Positions 51,187 to 64,000 of a stretch of DNA of 64,000 nucleotides are shown here, in pieces. This DNA is from Octopus sinensis (lineage: Eukaryota). The position numbers were made by a program, and so were the translations under genes. The notes beneath the pieces are model-generated. The model did not search any database and had not been told where the DNA came from. It worked only from the letters and a program-made list of their open reading frames with translations. Every line of letters starts with the position of its first letter. Positions within the stretch are counted from its first letter, which is position 1. The stretch lies in contig NC_042999.1 of the NCBI RefSeq assembly GCF_006345805.1, forward strand, positions 31,558,001-31,622,000. The letters run 5' to 3'.

Positions 51187-54100
51187 TCAGTAGTTTTATT
51201 TTTATTTTTATAGCGTGCTTTCACTTCACTACCGAGCGCAGCTCTGTGTGCCTTGGGTATGTGCTGTGATTTGTTGTGATGCTCTGATGGTTATTGTATG
51301 GAAAATGTCCTGCGTAGGATGTGTGCAGTGCCTAGTAGTGCAATTTTCTGTATGTTATATGTGTTTGTAAGTCCTGGTGTTTTTGTTATGTATTTGTCTG
51401 AATATTTTTTATCATGCCTAATGCACCTACTATGATAGGAATTGTTTCTGTTTTCAGATTCCACATTCTAGTTACCTCTATCTCCAGATCTTTGTATTTT
51501 GAGAGTTTCTCCATTTCTTTTAGAGACACGTTGTCATCTGCCGGTACTGATACATCAATTAGAAAGCATTTTTTTCCCTCATGGTCTCTGACAACTATAT
51601 CTGGTCTGTTGGCCTTAATTTCTCTATCTGTGTGTATCGGCATATCCCAGAGTATGGTTGCTTCCTCGTTTTCTGTGACCTTTTCTGGTGTGTGCCTATA
51701 CCATCTTTTTTCTGTTGTTATTCCATAATGTTGGCATAGCTTCCAATGTATGTAAGTTCCAACTCTGTCATGTCTGTGAATATATTCCTTCTTAGCCAGG
51801 ACTGGGCAGCTAGAGATAATATGATTTATTGTTTCTTGTCCATCTCCACATATTCTGCAGTTACTTGTAATATTTCTTTTCATTACATGTTTTTGGTAAT
51901 TTCTGGTGGGGAGACTTTGGTCTTGTGCTGCAATTAAAAATCATTCTGTTTCTGCTTTGAGTCCTGAGCTTCTCAACAATTGCTGGGATTTTTCTTTGTC
52001 TATTTCTTTTGCGTTTAGTTTAGTCCAGTATTTACCATGAAGGGGCTTTTCTTGCCATCGTTTTATCAGGGTTCGTTGCTGTTCTATTTTTAGTTTGGAT
52101 TTCATTTTTTGTATAGCTTTTGTTGTTTCTTCATCTCCTTCTTCTTCTTCTTCTTCATATTTATTAGGTGGTATGATTTCTTGTTTGTATTTGTCAGCTT
52201 CCATAAATACTGAGAACAGTTTTTTGTTTTGCTCGTGTTTTGCCGCTATCTGGATCAGTTTTCCTTCCTTCTAAAGTAGATATTTTTGCAGTCCTATGGT
52301 GGTTATTTTATAGTAGTTTTCCAGCTGTATAAGGCCTCTACCACCTTCTATACGTTGTATATATAGTCTTTCTATGTCAGATTTTGGGTGATGCATCCTA
52401 GATCCTGTCATTATTTTTCTTGTTTTCCTGTCTATTTTGGTCAGTTCATTTTGTGTCCAGTTAAGAATATTGTAGCTGTAACTTATAACTGGGACAGCTA
52501 AAGTGTTGATACCTATTATCTTGTTTTTAGCATTGAGCTCTGTGTTTAGTATTGATCTAAGTCGTCTATAATATTCTTTTTTTTATTTTCTCTTTCATTT
52601 GTGTGTGTTGTGTCTTATCTAGTTCATGGATTCCTAAGTATTTGTAAGTTTGGCTTTGGTCTAATTCTTTTATTTCATTTGCTTCATCTAGTGTGATGTT
52701 GTTACTCTTAACTAGTTTTCCTCTTTTCATGGTTACTTTGGCGCATTTTTCTAATCCAAATTTCATATCTATTTCTTTGGTAAATCCAGGAACTGTCTTT
52801 AATAGTGTTTCCAGCTGTTTGTCATTTGCAGCGTATAGTTTTAGGTCATCCATATATAAAAGGTGGCTGATCGTTTTGCCGTAACATTTATATCCGCATC
52901 CAGTTCTATTTAGCATATCAGATAGAGGTGACAGTGCCAAGCAGAAAAGGAGTGGAGAGAGCGTATCTCCCTGGAATATTCCTCTTCTAATGGGGATGTC
53001 TTTGGTTTTCATGAGTCCCTCTTTTGTTTGGAGGTGTAGGACTGTTTGCCATTTATTCATAGAGTGCTCTATGAATTTTATGATTGTTGGTGCTCCTTTG
53101 TTAATGGCTAGTGTTTCGAGGATCCATGTGTGGGGGATGCTATCAAACGCCTTTTTGTAGTCAATCCAGGCCATACTGAGGCCTTTCTTCTTTCTGTGGC
53201 TGTCTTCAGTTATGGCTTTATTAATCATTAGTTGATCTTTACAGCCATATGAGCCTTTGCGGCATCCTTTCTGCTCTTCTGGGAACAGTTTGTTTTCGTC
53301 CAGGTGCTTGTTCAGCCTTTGTGATATCACTGCAGTAAATGCCTTGAACATAGTAGGGAGGCAGGTTATTGGTCTGTAGTTTTCTGGTTTTTCTGTTTCA
53401 TTTGATTTGGGAATTAAGATGGTTTTCCCCTTCGTGAGCCATTCATGCATTGTCTCTGGCTCTGCTAGTACGTTGTTAAAGTTTTCAGCCAGTTTTTTGT
53501 GCATTCCTGTTAGATATTTCAACCAGAAGTTGGGGATCTTGTCATGCCCAGGTGCCTTCCAGTTGCTTAGTTTTTGCAGTGCCTGGGTGACCTCTTCAGT
53601 TGTTATGGGGGTCCAAATTTGTTCAGATGCCGAGTTTGTTATTTTCATACTCCTTTTTTTTGGTGGTTCGTTCGCCGACCATATTTCTCCCCAGAATTCT
53701 TCCAATTCTTCTGCCGTTGGTGCTGCAGTGACTTCTATTTTATTTTTGCCCAGTTCTTGGTAGAACTTTTTGGGGTTGGAGTTGAACTTTTTGTTTTCTT
53801 CAAAGAAGCGTTGGCGTTTCTTGTACCGGCGGATCCTTTGTGCTTTGGCAAGGATATCTTGCTTCAGCTTTTCTTTTATTTCAGGCAAATCTTTTTCTGT
53901 GATGTTATACTTGCGGAGTATTTTTGTTCTCTTTTTGTTGCTCAGTAGCGTTGATTCTTTGCTGACTTCATTAAGAATCGACAGGTCTTTTCTATTTTTT
54001 TTATTTTGTTTTGGATGTTATTTATCCACAGGGTTTGTTTGGGTAGCGGTACTCCTGTTTGGGCGGGTTTGGGTGAGTATCCAGCTTCTTTTGTGGCTGC

Positions 54101-55007
54101 AGTGGCTGCTGCGTATATTAGGTTATTTAGCTCAGTGATATCACTTTTTTTTTATTCAGTGGCTATCAGTTCAGTGACGGCTAGGTTTATGCTGTTTATA
54201 ATAGGTGTTGTTATTTTGTTTATTTTGATTCTTGGGAGGTATGGTCGGTGGTCCATTGTGAGCTCTGCGGTTTTCAGTTCTTTGATTATTTTATTTTTTA
54301 TATTATCATAATCATTAGGCTCCCCTTCGTTGTTTACATCGTGTTTGTTGGGAATGTTGCGTTTGTCTTCGTGTTTTACAGTTTCAGTGTTTATATTATT
54401 GGGCATTGTTGTGTGGCTTCTATCTACATTTTCCTGGTGTATGTTTTCTTTTAGGTGTTCTATTTCTATTTCTGATATTTTTTTTGTGTTGAGAATGTAT
54501 CTTCGTACGTTAGCTAATTTATTAGGGTTCATTGCTGTATCCAAGTCTAAATCTCTATTATTTTCCTTCCATATTTTATATGTATGTGTTGTTGTATTTT
54601 CATTTTTTGGGTAGAGTACTGCTGTGAAGTATGCGTGTAAGATAGAAATGTATTCCTCACGTGTCCATTTACGTCTTTTGGGTTTTATTTGCGGGACATG
54701 AGGTACAACGTCCGGCCCATTATTTTGACGGTCGTCATTTTCGTAGGGTACCGGTCCGTTTATTTCTGTTGTCACGTTATTTCGCACGAGTAGTTTTTCG
54801 TACATTTTTTGTTGTAGGTTTAATGTACGTACCGCTCGATTGTTATTCTTGGGTTGAATAGTATCGGTGGCATTTAATTTCTTCGTAGTTCCTTTGTACA
54901 TGGTGTTTGGGGTCAGAGATGATCGTGATGTTTCACGCATGTTTACATGTGTTGCGTTAGAGGTGGAGATGATATCGAGTCAAAATACATCATTTCGTTT
55001 CGAAAAT

Positions 55008-55009
<2 letters not shown>
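51187..55009 (-). mobile_element. Near full-length Dong/R4-clade non-LTR retrotransposon inserted in (TAA)n
   Basis: Single ORF with RT, CCHC and a restriction-like endonuclease. (TAA)n flanks both ends (51161-51186 and 55010-55095). 3' UTR is ~104 nt. Confidence 0.92.
51291..54940 (-). pseudogene. Dong/R4 ORF: N-terminal RRKWT domain, RT, zinc knuckle, PD-(D/E)xK endonuclease; disrupted
   Basis: KAPGHD, NYRPI, IDYKKAFDS, GIFQGDTLSPL, YMDDLKL, YKYLG, CRICG..ETINHIISSC and NRPDIVV..LIDVSVP..KLSKY. At least two in-frame stops (KYLL*KEG, AETE*FLIAAQDQ) plus homopolymer frameshifts. Confidence 0.92.
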
Positions 55010-55081
<72 letters not shown>

Positions 55082-55699
55082 CATTATTATTATTTCTAAG
55101 TCTCTCTAAAGGAGACTACGGCAACGGTACTGAATATTAATAATTATCGCCAAGCTAATATGGCAGTCCATAAATATAGGACGAAAGAAACTGAAACATG
55201 TCTGCAGATGCCTGACCAGCAAGGGGAAGCGGCTGACCTCCCCTGTTCGAAGATTATAATTGGACACAGTTTCGTGTCATATAGCTAGCTAGAGGCAAAG
55301 GCCTCGTGGAGCTAATCAACGGCAGCTTTCGTTCTATATTCATGGACTGTCATATTAGCTTAGTGATAACTATTAATATATATATGCATACATACGAAGA
55401 TGATCTGCGTAGTCGTCTTCATCCACCAAATAACGTAAATATAATGATCCAGAGATATACTCATACATATGCATACATCTATCAATATACAACCATAAAT
55501 GCATTTGTGTGGATGTGGATGTGAATATGTATATATATGTGTGTGTGAGTTTGTGTATACATACACACATATATATTGTAAACGATGCGAAAAACCGTAT
55601 GATGTATGATGTGGGAATTTTTTCCATGCGCTGAGAAAATTAACGCAATATGCAGTATGGAATATAAAGTTCTATATCTGTTGGAGTGTTTGAGATATT

Positions 55700-56400
55700 T
55701 CAACAGTATCTGTATCTGCGAAAAGAATAAGATTAAATTTTAGAGGAAAGCAAATCGTTTATAGACATATGCTGAACTTGCCGTTCTGAAGTGGAAAATT
55801 AGCCGTTTTTCGTATAGGCTTTGGATAACATTACTGTGAACTTGTAGGAAACCATAAAAAGTAAATGAAGGTGCTAGTGTTCTGAGTAACTGAAGTGAAT
55901 GGCTTAAGTGATTCAGAGCGTTTTCATTGGAATTGATCTTTTAACCTCTGAGCGATTTCTCCTGCATTACATAAAATTCACTGTTAGTCTTTAATGCAGT
56001 TGATTAAATTTCCAGATCAAAAGGATGTGGTAAATAACATCGAAATTGAACCTAGGTGGTTTTCAATGATAGGAGAATTCTTGAAATGGGAGCAAGCCGA
56101 AGCAAAGGAAGCATGATGGAAATGAAAAGAAGGTGAAAGAACTGTAGAACAGAGATACCTGCGGCCGCCTCTGAAGGAGGAGCTGTTATTGAAAAATTGT
56201 GTTTAGTCGCTTCGTTTTATATAGAGGACAGGAGCTGAGTAGGATATTGTATCGAAGATGGTAGCTGATGAGATTATAAAGTGAGGAGAAATACAGTCCT
56301 ATGGGGCACATATCATAAATACCCTTAGCTGATAATGCACGTGCAGGGCTGTCTTGAAGAATGGTAGGGAAGCAGTCTCTTCAGAAAAGACAGACCATTG
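55700..56400 (-). mobile_element. Possible very old CR1/Jockey-like LINE fragment
   Basis: Weak minus-strand similarity only (NHASFASACSHFK, resembling the linker between endonuclease and RT). Confidence 0.25.
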
Positions 56401-56747
56401 AGAAAGATTCAAATTGAAAATAGGAATTTCAAACAAAGAATCAAAGAAAATAAAGTAACATTAGTTTTAAGTGACAATAACTGTTTCATGAGTGGTGTGG
56501 GATGAGAAGACATTACAATATTAATGAAGGTGCAGAGTATTGTATGTAGATTGCAAAACAAAAAAGAGAAAATGTGCAAAGGTAAAAATTATGTTTCGTA
56601 TATTAAAGAGAGGATGCTGAAGAAATAACATACAACGAGCAAAAGGGAAACACATGGAACAACTTAGACCAACACGAGAAAGACAAACTCATCAACAGAA
56701 TAATATATTATTTCGAGTAATACACAATTCGCATCTCCAGAATATGT

Positions 56748-57141
56748 TTATATATAAAAGTAAGGTTTTGTGCTGTCTGTCTCCTACGATTTAGATTCCT
56801 AACTACTCCCACATTTTGCGGTGCAGTTTAACCAAAACCGAGTATCTTATAGTCGTAATTCATATCGAGCCCTTCTGGGTATTAGCGCGCGTCTACGGTG
56901 AGTCTACGATTTAAAAAAAAATTACCCTCAATTTTTCCCATTTTTAATGCATTTTTGGCATATATAAGGGAAGTAACTCTCTAAAAAATTATTATTAAAT
57001 CTCAGAACGTAAAAAGCTACAGTAACACCACCCCACTTTGTGGTTAGCCATATTGAGATGGCTATTATACTTTACATCTCTAAAAATGCTTATATAGTTA
57101 TTTCCCTTATAAACCCGAGCAACGCCGGGCGATACTGCTAG
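56748..57141 (+). mobile_element. Non-autonomous Helitron (~400 bp)
   Basis: 3' hairpin CCCGAGCAACGCCGGG (57114-57129), then CTAG (57138-57141) followed by T. The 5' region TATATATAAAAG..CTGTCTGTC is typical of Helitron starts, but the exact TC terminus is unclear (56734-56749). Confidence 0.75.
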
Positions 57142-57830
57142 TTTTTAATATCATCAAAACAAATATACCAATCATTAAACAAAAAACAAAAAGCATAAAT
57201 AATCAAACATCATAAGCAAAAGGCAACCACATGACCTAAAGAAACTATTAACAAAAGCAAAATTCAACATGAACAAACAGAATAAAACATTCTCAATAAC
57301 CAAGTGCAATGATAACAGATGTGGAACGTGTCATACATGCATACTGGTAGATCCATTAGAATAAAAACAAAAGGACAGATATGAACTGCAAAATAAAGCA
57401 TAATAGCCCGAAAATACTCGTTTGTCATTTCCATTATAGCAGTGAAAAATATCTGTTAAAATTCAACTGCACTCTTGAAAATTTTCATGAAGAACAAGGA
57501 CAAGGTGAACTTACTATCTGCTTTTATAGCAAGTTGATGCAAGCTGTTTATCCCTTGCGTCTTCGATTTTTAGTTCATGTAATTGAAACAAATCTGCATT
57601 ATTTATGGGATGACCCGATACTTGAGTGTGTATAGGAGTTACAGTGTATCTCAATGTCTACTTCACACGGTAAATCTTCAAAGATTTGCCAAGACACTCA
57701 CAATTTTATTTCATGATTATTACGACAGGGTGACAATGAACAAGATGTAAATTTGACTTAAACGCTATTATTATTGATGACAATGTATTACAAGAACCCT
57801 TATGCACACACATTCGCTCAGCCATTCACA

Positions 57831-57880
<50 letters not shown>

Positions 57881-59869
57881 ATATATAAAGTCCATTTCAA
57901 TATAACTCGATTTCTTTATTTATATATTCACGTATTTATTTTCTTTACTGATAACAGATCTTAGGTGATTGTGTCCAAAATAAGACATCATTGTATATAT
58001 GTAAGAATTTGGATGTAAGTGATCGTGATAATTATGTTCATAATATTGCTGCTGCAGATGATGACCACACACACACACACAAACACAAACACACATACAC
58101 ACACACTCACAGAAATTCACACATACATGCGTTAAGCAAGTAACTAAAAATACATGTAAATAGAAAGTTCTAAAGGAGGAAATGGGCTTTATGTTCAATA
58201 TTTAGGTACTGATACTAAATTGTCTAAATATAAAATTAACGGTATTGTTGCAAAAACAAAAGTGAGCAAATATTTCTTTTAATGAGCCGAGAAATATTAA
58301 AAATATCGAATAATGGTTTGAGAATTAAAATTCCCTGAAATATCAAGTCTAGATAGCCACTAAGAAATGTCGTAATCATTATCATATATATTTTTAATAT
58401 ATTATTCTTAATACGTAGTACATCTTAATATTGTTTAGAATAAATAACGTTTGTCAATGGATTATTAATTACTTAGCACCATTGGATTTAAGAGTTATGT
58501 TTCTGAAATTTTCTTGGAAGTTCTAATGCTTGGATTAAGAATTAGATTCAAGCCCAAAATACAAGAAGCAACAATGTAGGCTTGTTCAGAGAAAAATAAT
58601 AGTTAACGTCGTTTATGTTCTGAGCAAGATACTGAAATAAGCAGAGCGTTTACATAAATGCAGAAGCCTTCTATGTGTGTTGCATAGATCACACAAAATC
58701 ACTTAGTTAATGAATAAATAGTTAACATATTAATCTACATTTAATTATCTTACGCGTAATCTGAAATGTGTAATGGAAACAAAGTGTAATGAATATTTGA
58801 AATGAAATATGGAGTGATGAGATGTAGTGAAGAGTAAGCTAGAAGTATGTGTGAAAAACCAACATGTTTTTAAAATATGAAATAATTACGTGCTGTGTTT
58901 GAAATCACATCGTGTACGTATTGAGGTAAGAAGATCAACCATCAACAATATCCATCATGAGGACAAAGGAAGCCTCTTAGCTGCAGCAAAGAAAGGTCAG
59001 CTAATATTTCTTATTATTATTAGTGAGATTGGAAGAGATGGATCTAGGTTTTCTCATAAAGACAGGCAGGTAGTTAGAATCTCAAGTACATTACCGACGA
59101 CTTCCAATATAAGAATTATAATAATACTGAAACAACCACAGTCACCATTAAATATTTGATGACCATCTTTACTTGAGATGAAAATATATACGAAAGAAAT
59201 TAAATCCGATTTTGTGATATAATGCATTGACAAGTAAGTAACTATTAATGCAAGGAGATTGAAATAGGCTTAGACTCTATCTTTACATATGTTTATTTTG
59301 CCTGAATGTCTATAAGCAAAAGGAAAATCTCATCAAGGTTTCAACGAAGTTCGTGACTCCTGAAAAGAATTACGGAGAAAAATTTACTGGTCAGTGTATC
59401 AATGTGGAATTACAATGAGATAAGGAGAAACGAAAGGAAATTGATGTTTGTAATAAAGCTCAATGGAAGAATTTTACTTGACATCTTATAAGAAGAAGAA
59501 AAATATGCCTAAAATACTTGGAGACAACTGAAAAAAATGTGTTATATATGTCATCGGTGACACATCTAATCTGCACACATGGAAAGGCACCTTAAATTTT
59601 ACAAGAGTCTCTCTATTTCAATCCACATTCCTTGGAACATGCGCTTGGCTTAGATTTTCCTTTGGGGCTGACCAGGTAGGAGCAATCTCAAGATTAATCA
59701 GCCTAAATTGCGAGGATGATCCGGTAATTGACTGAAGATTGAAGGCTTCGAATGCCCGTCCGTGTATTTTGTATCGTCTTCTAAATGTTTTGCGTTCTTG
59801 TCCCAGTTTGTATTTTTTTACATATGCATATATATATATATATAGCGGCGCCCGTACAATTTTTGGCCT

Positions 59870-59905
<36 letters not shown>

Positions 59906-59929
59906 AATATATATATATATACATATATA

Positions 59930-59949
59930 CATACATATATATATATATG

Positions 59950-60021
<72 letters not shown>

Positions 60022-60062
60022 TAATATATATTATATATATATATAATATATATATATAATAT

Positions 60063-60128
<66 letters not shown>

Positions 60129-60135
60129 ATATATA
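59930..60135. repeat. Long (TA)n tract, representative of many (also 18680-18805, 20094-20357, 21700-22000, 26925-27165, 46880-46960)
   Basis: Read directly. Confidence 0.95.
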
Positions 60136-61084
60136 CATGAAGAAAGTGAAGATGGTATTTGAATTAACAAAGCCTTTAATTTCGTGATTGATTGCCTAAA
60201 AGAGATTAAAGTGTCAAATATACATGTATCTATATATAAATGCATATGTGCATATACATATATACATAATGCATAAATATATATATGTATAAAGTGTGTG
60301 TATGTTTGTGCATATATATAATGTGTGTGTGTATGTTTGTGTATATATATATATATATATATACATACATACATGGATACAGACATATATACATACACAC
60401 ACACATACATACATACATACATACATACATACATACATAAATACATACATACATACATATATACATACATACATACATAAATTAATCAATGAAATTCTAA
60501 CAGCCTAATTTTCACGTTTTATTATCTGCAGTGATTACAATTTTACAATATTGAAATAAACCAGTACTTTCATGGGGTACGCAATCATCAGATTTATCTA
60601 GTGACAGACGTTTTCCAAAGGTGACAACTGTAGCGAGGTTGGCGGATTTATTCTTTGCACACCCTCCAATTGCCTCCAGTGGGCTTAATCTTTCGAAGTG
60701 TATCTTGACAAATCAACATGCAGCTTAGATGTCTGTATTAATGAGCATGCCAACTAATTTCTAACCCTTTTTTGCGATCAATCCGTACGTGGCTTACACG
60801 TCACGGTTTGGTGGGCACGTCGAAGATTCCTCACATTGACCGCACATAAAGTAAAGTTTATTTGGCTATTGTTTGGAATGTCGTATACTACATTCCCGTT
60901 TTTATTGAATTCTATTGTTACACTAGCAATTCTTACATTTCAATCGAGTTAATGTTTCTTTGGTCAACTGTACTACCATCATCTACTAGTGTTGTTGTTA
61001 GTTGTGGTAATGATAACAGTAATAATAGTAGTACTAATTATTATTTTGGTCACAATCATCATTATAATTATCACCGTTACTATA

Positions 61085-62355
61085 ACAGTCTATTTCGAAA
61101 AGGTTTGAATGTATATCCAAAATTATTTTCCCATACTTATCGCTCAAGTTTCCATGAGTTGTGGAATTTGTAGAATGGTAATATTATAAACTGTTTCTCA
61201 CCACTTGTTGGCAGGTTGTTGCTTAAAGGTATCTAACGGACATCAGGACCCTTATTTTATTGTCGGAGTACACGTGAATCTTCCGCTAAGGCATTCCCAG
61301 TCTGACCAACGTATATTTTTTCACAATTCGGACATTTCATGCACTATGTTAAATTTCTGTCTTTGCAGTTCAGATTTGTGTGTTCATATACCGACCGGTA
61401 TGTATGAACTGATCTGTACCACATCGAATATCATCGATTTCGATACAATGAATGATTCGTCGTTGTTGTTTCTGTCAAGCTTTGCATTTACATCAATTGC
61501 ATCAAGTCCTCTGATCCTTAGAACGATCCGTGATTATATAATTTAATTCATTACTTTGAGCAATGATCGGCAACGTTGCTTTGGCAATGCTATAGATATT
61601 TTGGTGTCACATATTGTGTGACACTATAAATGGTATGACCTGTTCTTGTTTCCTCTTTTTCGGGTTTGCCCTAAGTAGTTGGATGGATATTTCTATAGCA
61701 AACTCTATACCATTTACTCTAAGTAGTGACAGTTATTTTTGATTGAGTAGAAATTCTTTCACCTCTATTAGGCCTTTGTGGTTGGTGTTTTTGTGGCAAG
61801 GCAGTTTGGGATATAGCGTTTTGTACGCGTTGAATGGCACGACTGAAAGTTCAGGTACAGATGCATGTCTGAGTGCTTATTGAATATATCAGTGGTGATG
61901 GTGGTGTCACTTCTAATTACCATTATATCTAGAAATGGTAATCTAGTACTAAGCATCTCTTTTGTAAATCGGATTGTTCGGAGCAGATTGGTCAGGAAGA
62001 TATGAAATTCTTCGAGAGTATTTAAAATTTATGTCCATATAACAAAGTAATTGTCAACGTATCTCATCTATGTATCTTCAATATACCTTCTAAATTCAGT
62101 GCCGTAGTTTTCCTCTTTGATGGAGTTGTTTTTCTAAGTATCTCATTTTGGGTTTCCATAGATATACCTCTGACTTCAATGTAATTGAATGTGTTATGTT
62201 CAAGGATAAGTTTCTCTGAGTCTAATATAAATGATACGGTGCATCTATTGGGAAACAATTCGTTATGTTTTTCCACCCAGTATTTAATCGCCTTTATCCC
62301 TAAATCATGTGGATTATTGGTGTAAATGCTTGCTATATCGAAACAAAGTAAAAGT
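61085..62355 (-). pseudogene. Degraded 5'-truncated PLE (Neptune-like RT + GIY-YIG)
   Basis: Minus strand reads [65 protein letters not shown], and near the end FIILPFYK..FKP. Many stops. Confidence 0.75.
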
Positions 62356-62406
62356 GAATCAATATACGCATCTATCCATCTATCTTTCTTTGTATGTATG
62401 TATCTT

Positions 62407-62517
<111 letters not shown>

Positions 62518-64000
62518 GCATCTCTATCTATCTATCAATCTATATGTATGCAGTCGTATTTATGCATACATGCATGTACATGTATGTAGAAACTAGTACA
62601 GTTAATAATGCCAGTAAATATACATATACCATGTTTAAGTGAACTGAAAAACGATAACAGAAATAGAGTTAACAACGACAACTTCCTCTATATAAACAGA
62701 TATTTTAATAGAATTTTGCATTGTAAAATGTTGAACAAAATTTCGAATATTTTAAAAACTAAAATCCTCTAGTCAATGACAGAGAAATCATCATTCTACA
62801 TTTCTAAGAGACTTTGCAGAATCTATTCAATTTAATAATCTATTTTATCGCCAAAACTTTACGAAAAAAAATATTCTAAAAATGATTTTCTTTGTTATAG
62901 TGTTTCTCTGTGCGCAGTTTCAAATTATGTTTATTCTCTTTCTTAGGTGCATATGGAATATTGAATGTAATTTTGGGTGTATACTTCAAAAATAGAGATA
63001 CAAAAGTCGAAATTCATAAACATAGATTGTAACCTTATACAGTTAGGATTTATTCTCGGTTTCCACTATTCTATGAGAAACCAACAAAAAACTTATAAAA
63101 TACAAACTTTAGAATGCGGTAAAAAATCTATGTTTACAAATTTCGACTTTTGTATCTCTATTTCTGAAGTTTTTTTAATGACTGTTCCTTTAGAAGTAAC
63201 AGTGGTACAATCTTGGAAAATGTATCTTGGAAAATCTTGGAAAATGAAAGCCAAACAAGTTGCGGAAGACATGGAATGATGATATGAGATGTCTATGCCA
63301 GATGACGTCAGAAAAAAAAAAAAACGTGATAAGTTTTGACAGATGCGAGGTATGGACGTTAATTACCATTGGCAACTGAACACTTTGCATACAAAAGAAA
63401 AACTGGTAAATCTTTGGGGTCTGGTACCCACATCGTAAATGGAAATCAGACGAAAAGCAATTTTCGTCATTTCAAACCCTGTATTGACTTTTTTCACTTA
63501 TTTTCCACATCTTTGTTGGTGGTGATTTCAAAATACATCTACATATATATTCTTTACTCCTTTACTTGTTTCAGTCATTTGACTACGGCCATACTGAAGC
63601 ACCGCCTTTAGTCGGGCAAATTGACTAAAGTAACATTTAGTAACATAAAGTTGAGGGGGTTTAAATGGAAGTTTATGCAAATAAAATAAAATTAAAAAAA
63701 TATAGGTATATTATATAGTAAGGAAATATATAAGTTTAAAAAAGAGACATATTGAGAGAAAAGGAGATGTAGGGAGAGATACATAAATTGTTAACCCAAT
63801 AAGTGGTGGGTCACACAATTGTAACAAGGGCATGTTAAATAAGAAATATCAAGATAGTGTAAGATATGGTGATGTAAGGTAGAAATGTTTAACAAATGTT
63901 TCAAAAATAATCTTAGCAAGCGGGGAGTGAAGAATTACTTAAGATTCATAAATAGGAATTTGGTCATGTGTTTACATGAGGAAACTATTTCATCCCTAGT

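Noticed and set aside
50723-51193. 156 aa ORF next to the Dong 3' end
   Set aside because: No recognisable domain; it runs into (TA)n/(ATT)n repeats and alternative frames have stops.
55150-55200. GTCC-loop-GGAC-GAAA upstream of the Dong 5' end, suggesting a ribozyme that processes the LINE
   Set aside because: There is no CUGANGA core, and the motif lies on the strand opposite to the element and outside its (TAA)n flank.
59705-59765. CTGAAGA..CGAAT..GTC hammerhead-like string
   Set aside because: GAAA is broken and stems I and II do not close properly.

Overview
AT-rich eukaryotic DNA with very dense microsatellites. The SINE/LINE repertoire points to a coleoid cephalopod, probably Octopus (inference, not a database match). 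I find no supportable host gene, so the window reads as intergenic or intronic. The main feature is a young ~9 kb partial-tandem Penelope-like element (PLE) insertion at 2921-11876 in a (TA)n tract. It consists of an inverted pseudo-LTR, a 5'-truncated ORF, a pseudo-LTR, a full-length RT + GIY-YIG ORF and a final pseudo-LTR, and carries three copies of a type I hammerhead ribozyme with an unusually long stem II. A second hammerhead family occurs twice (22187-22272 and 47170-47259). Other elements: a near full-length but defective Dong/R4 LINE in (TAA)n; the 3' part of an RTE LINE with a PHD finger inside the RT region; a head-to-head mariner palindrome fused to a Tc1 fragment and tandemly duplicated; a non-autonomous Helitron; an internally deleted hAT element; several older PLE fossils; three tRNA-derived SINE families; minisatellites and local duplications. 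Many frameshifts fall in homopolymers and differ between near-identical copies, so long-read consensus errors or uncollapsed haplotypes cannot be excluded. All alignments and folds were done by eye and most coordinates of old repeats are approximate.
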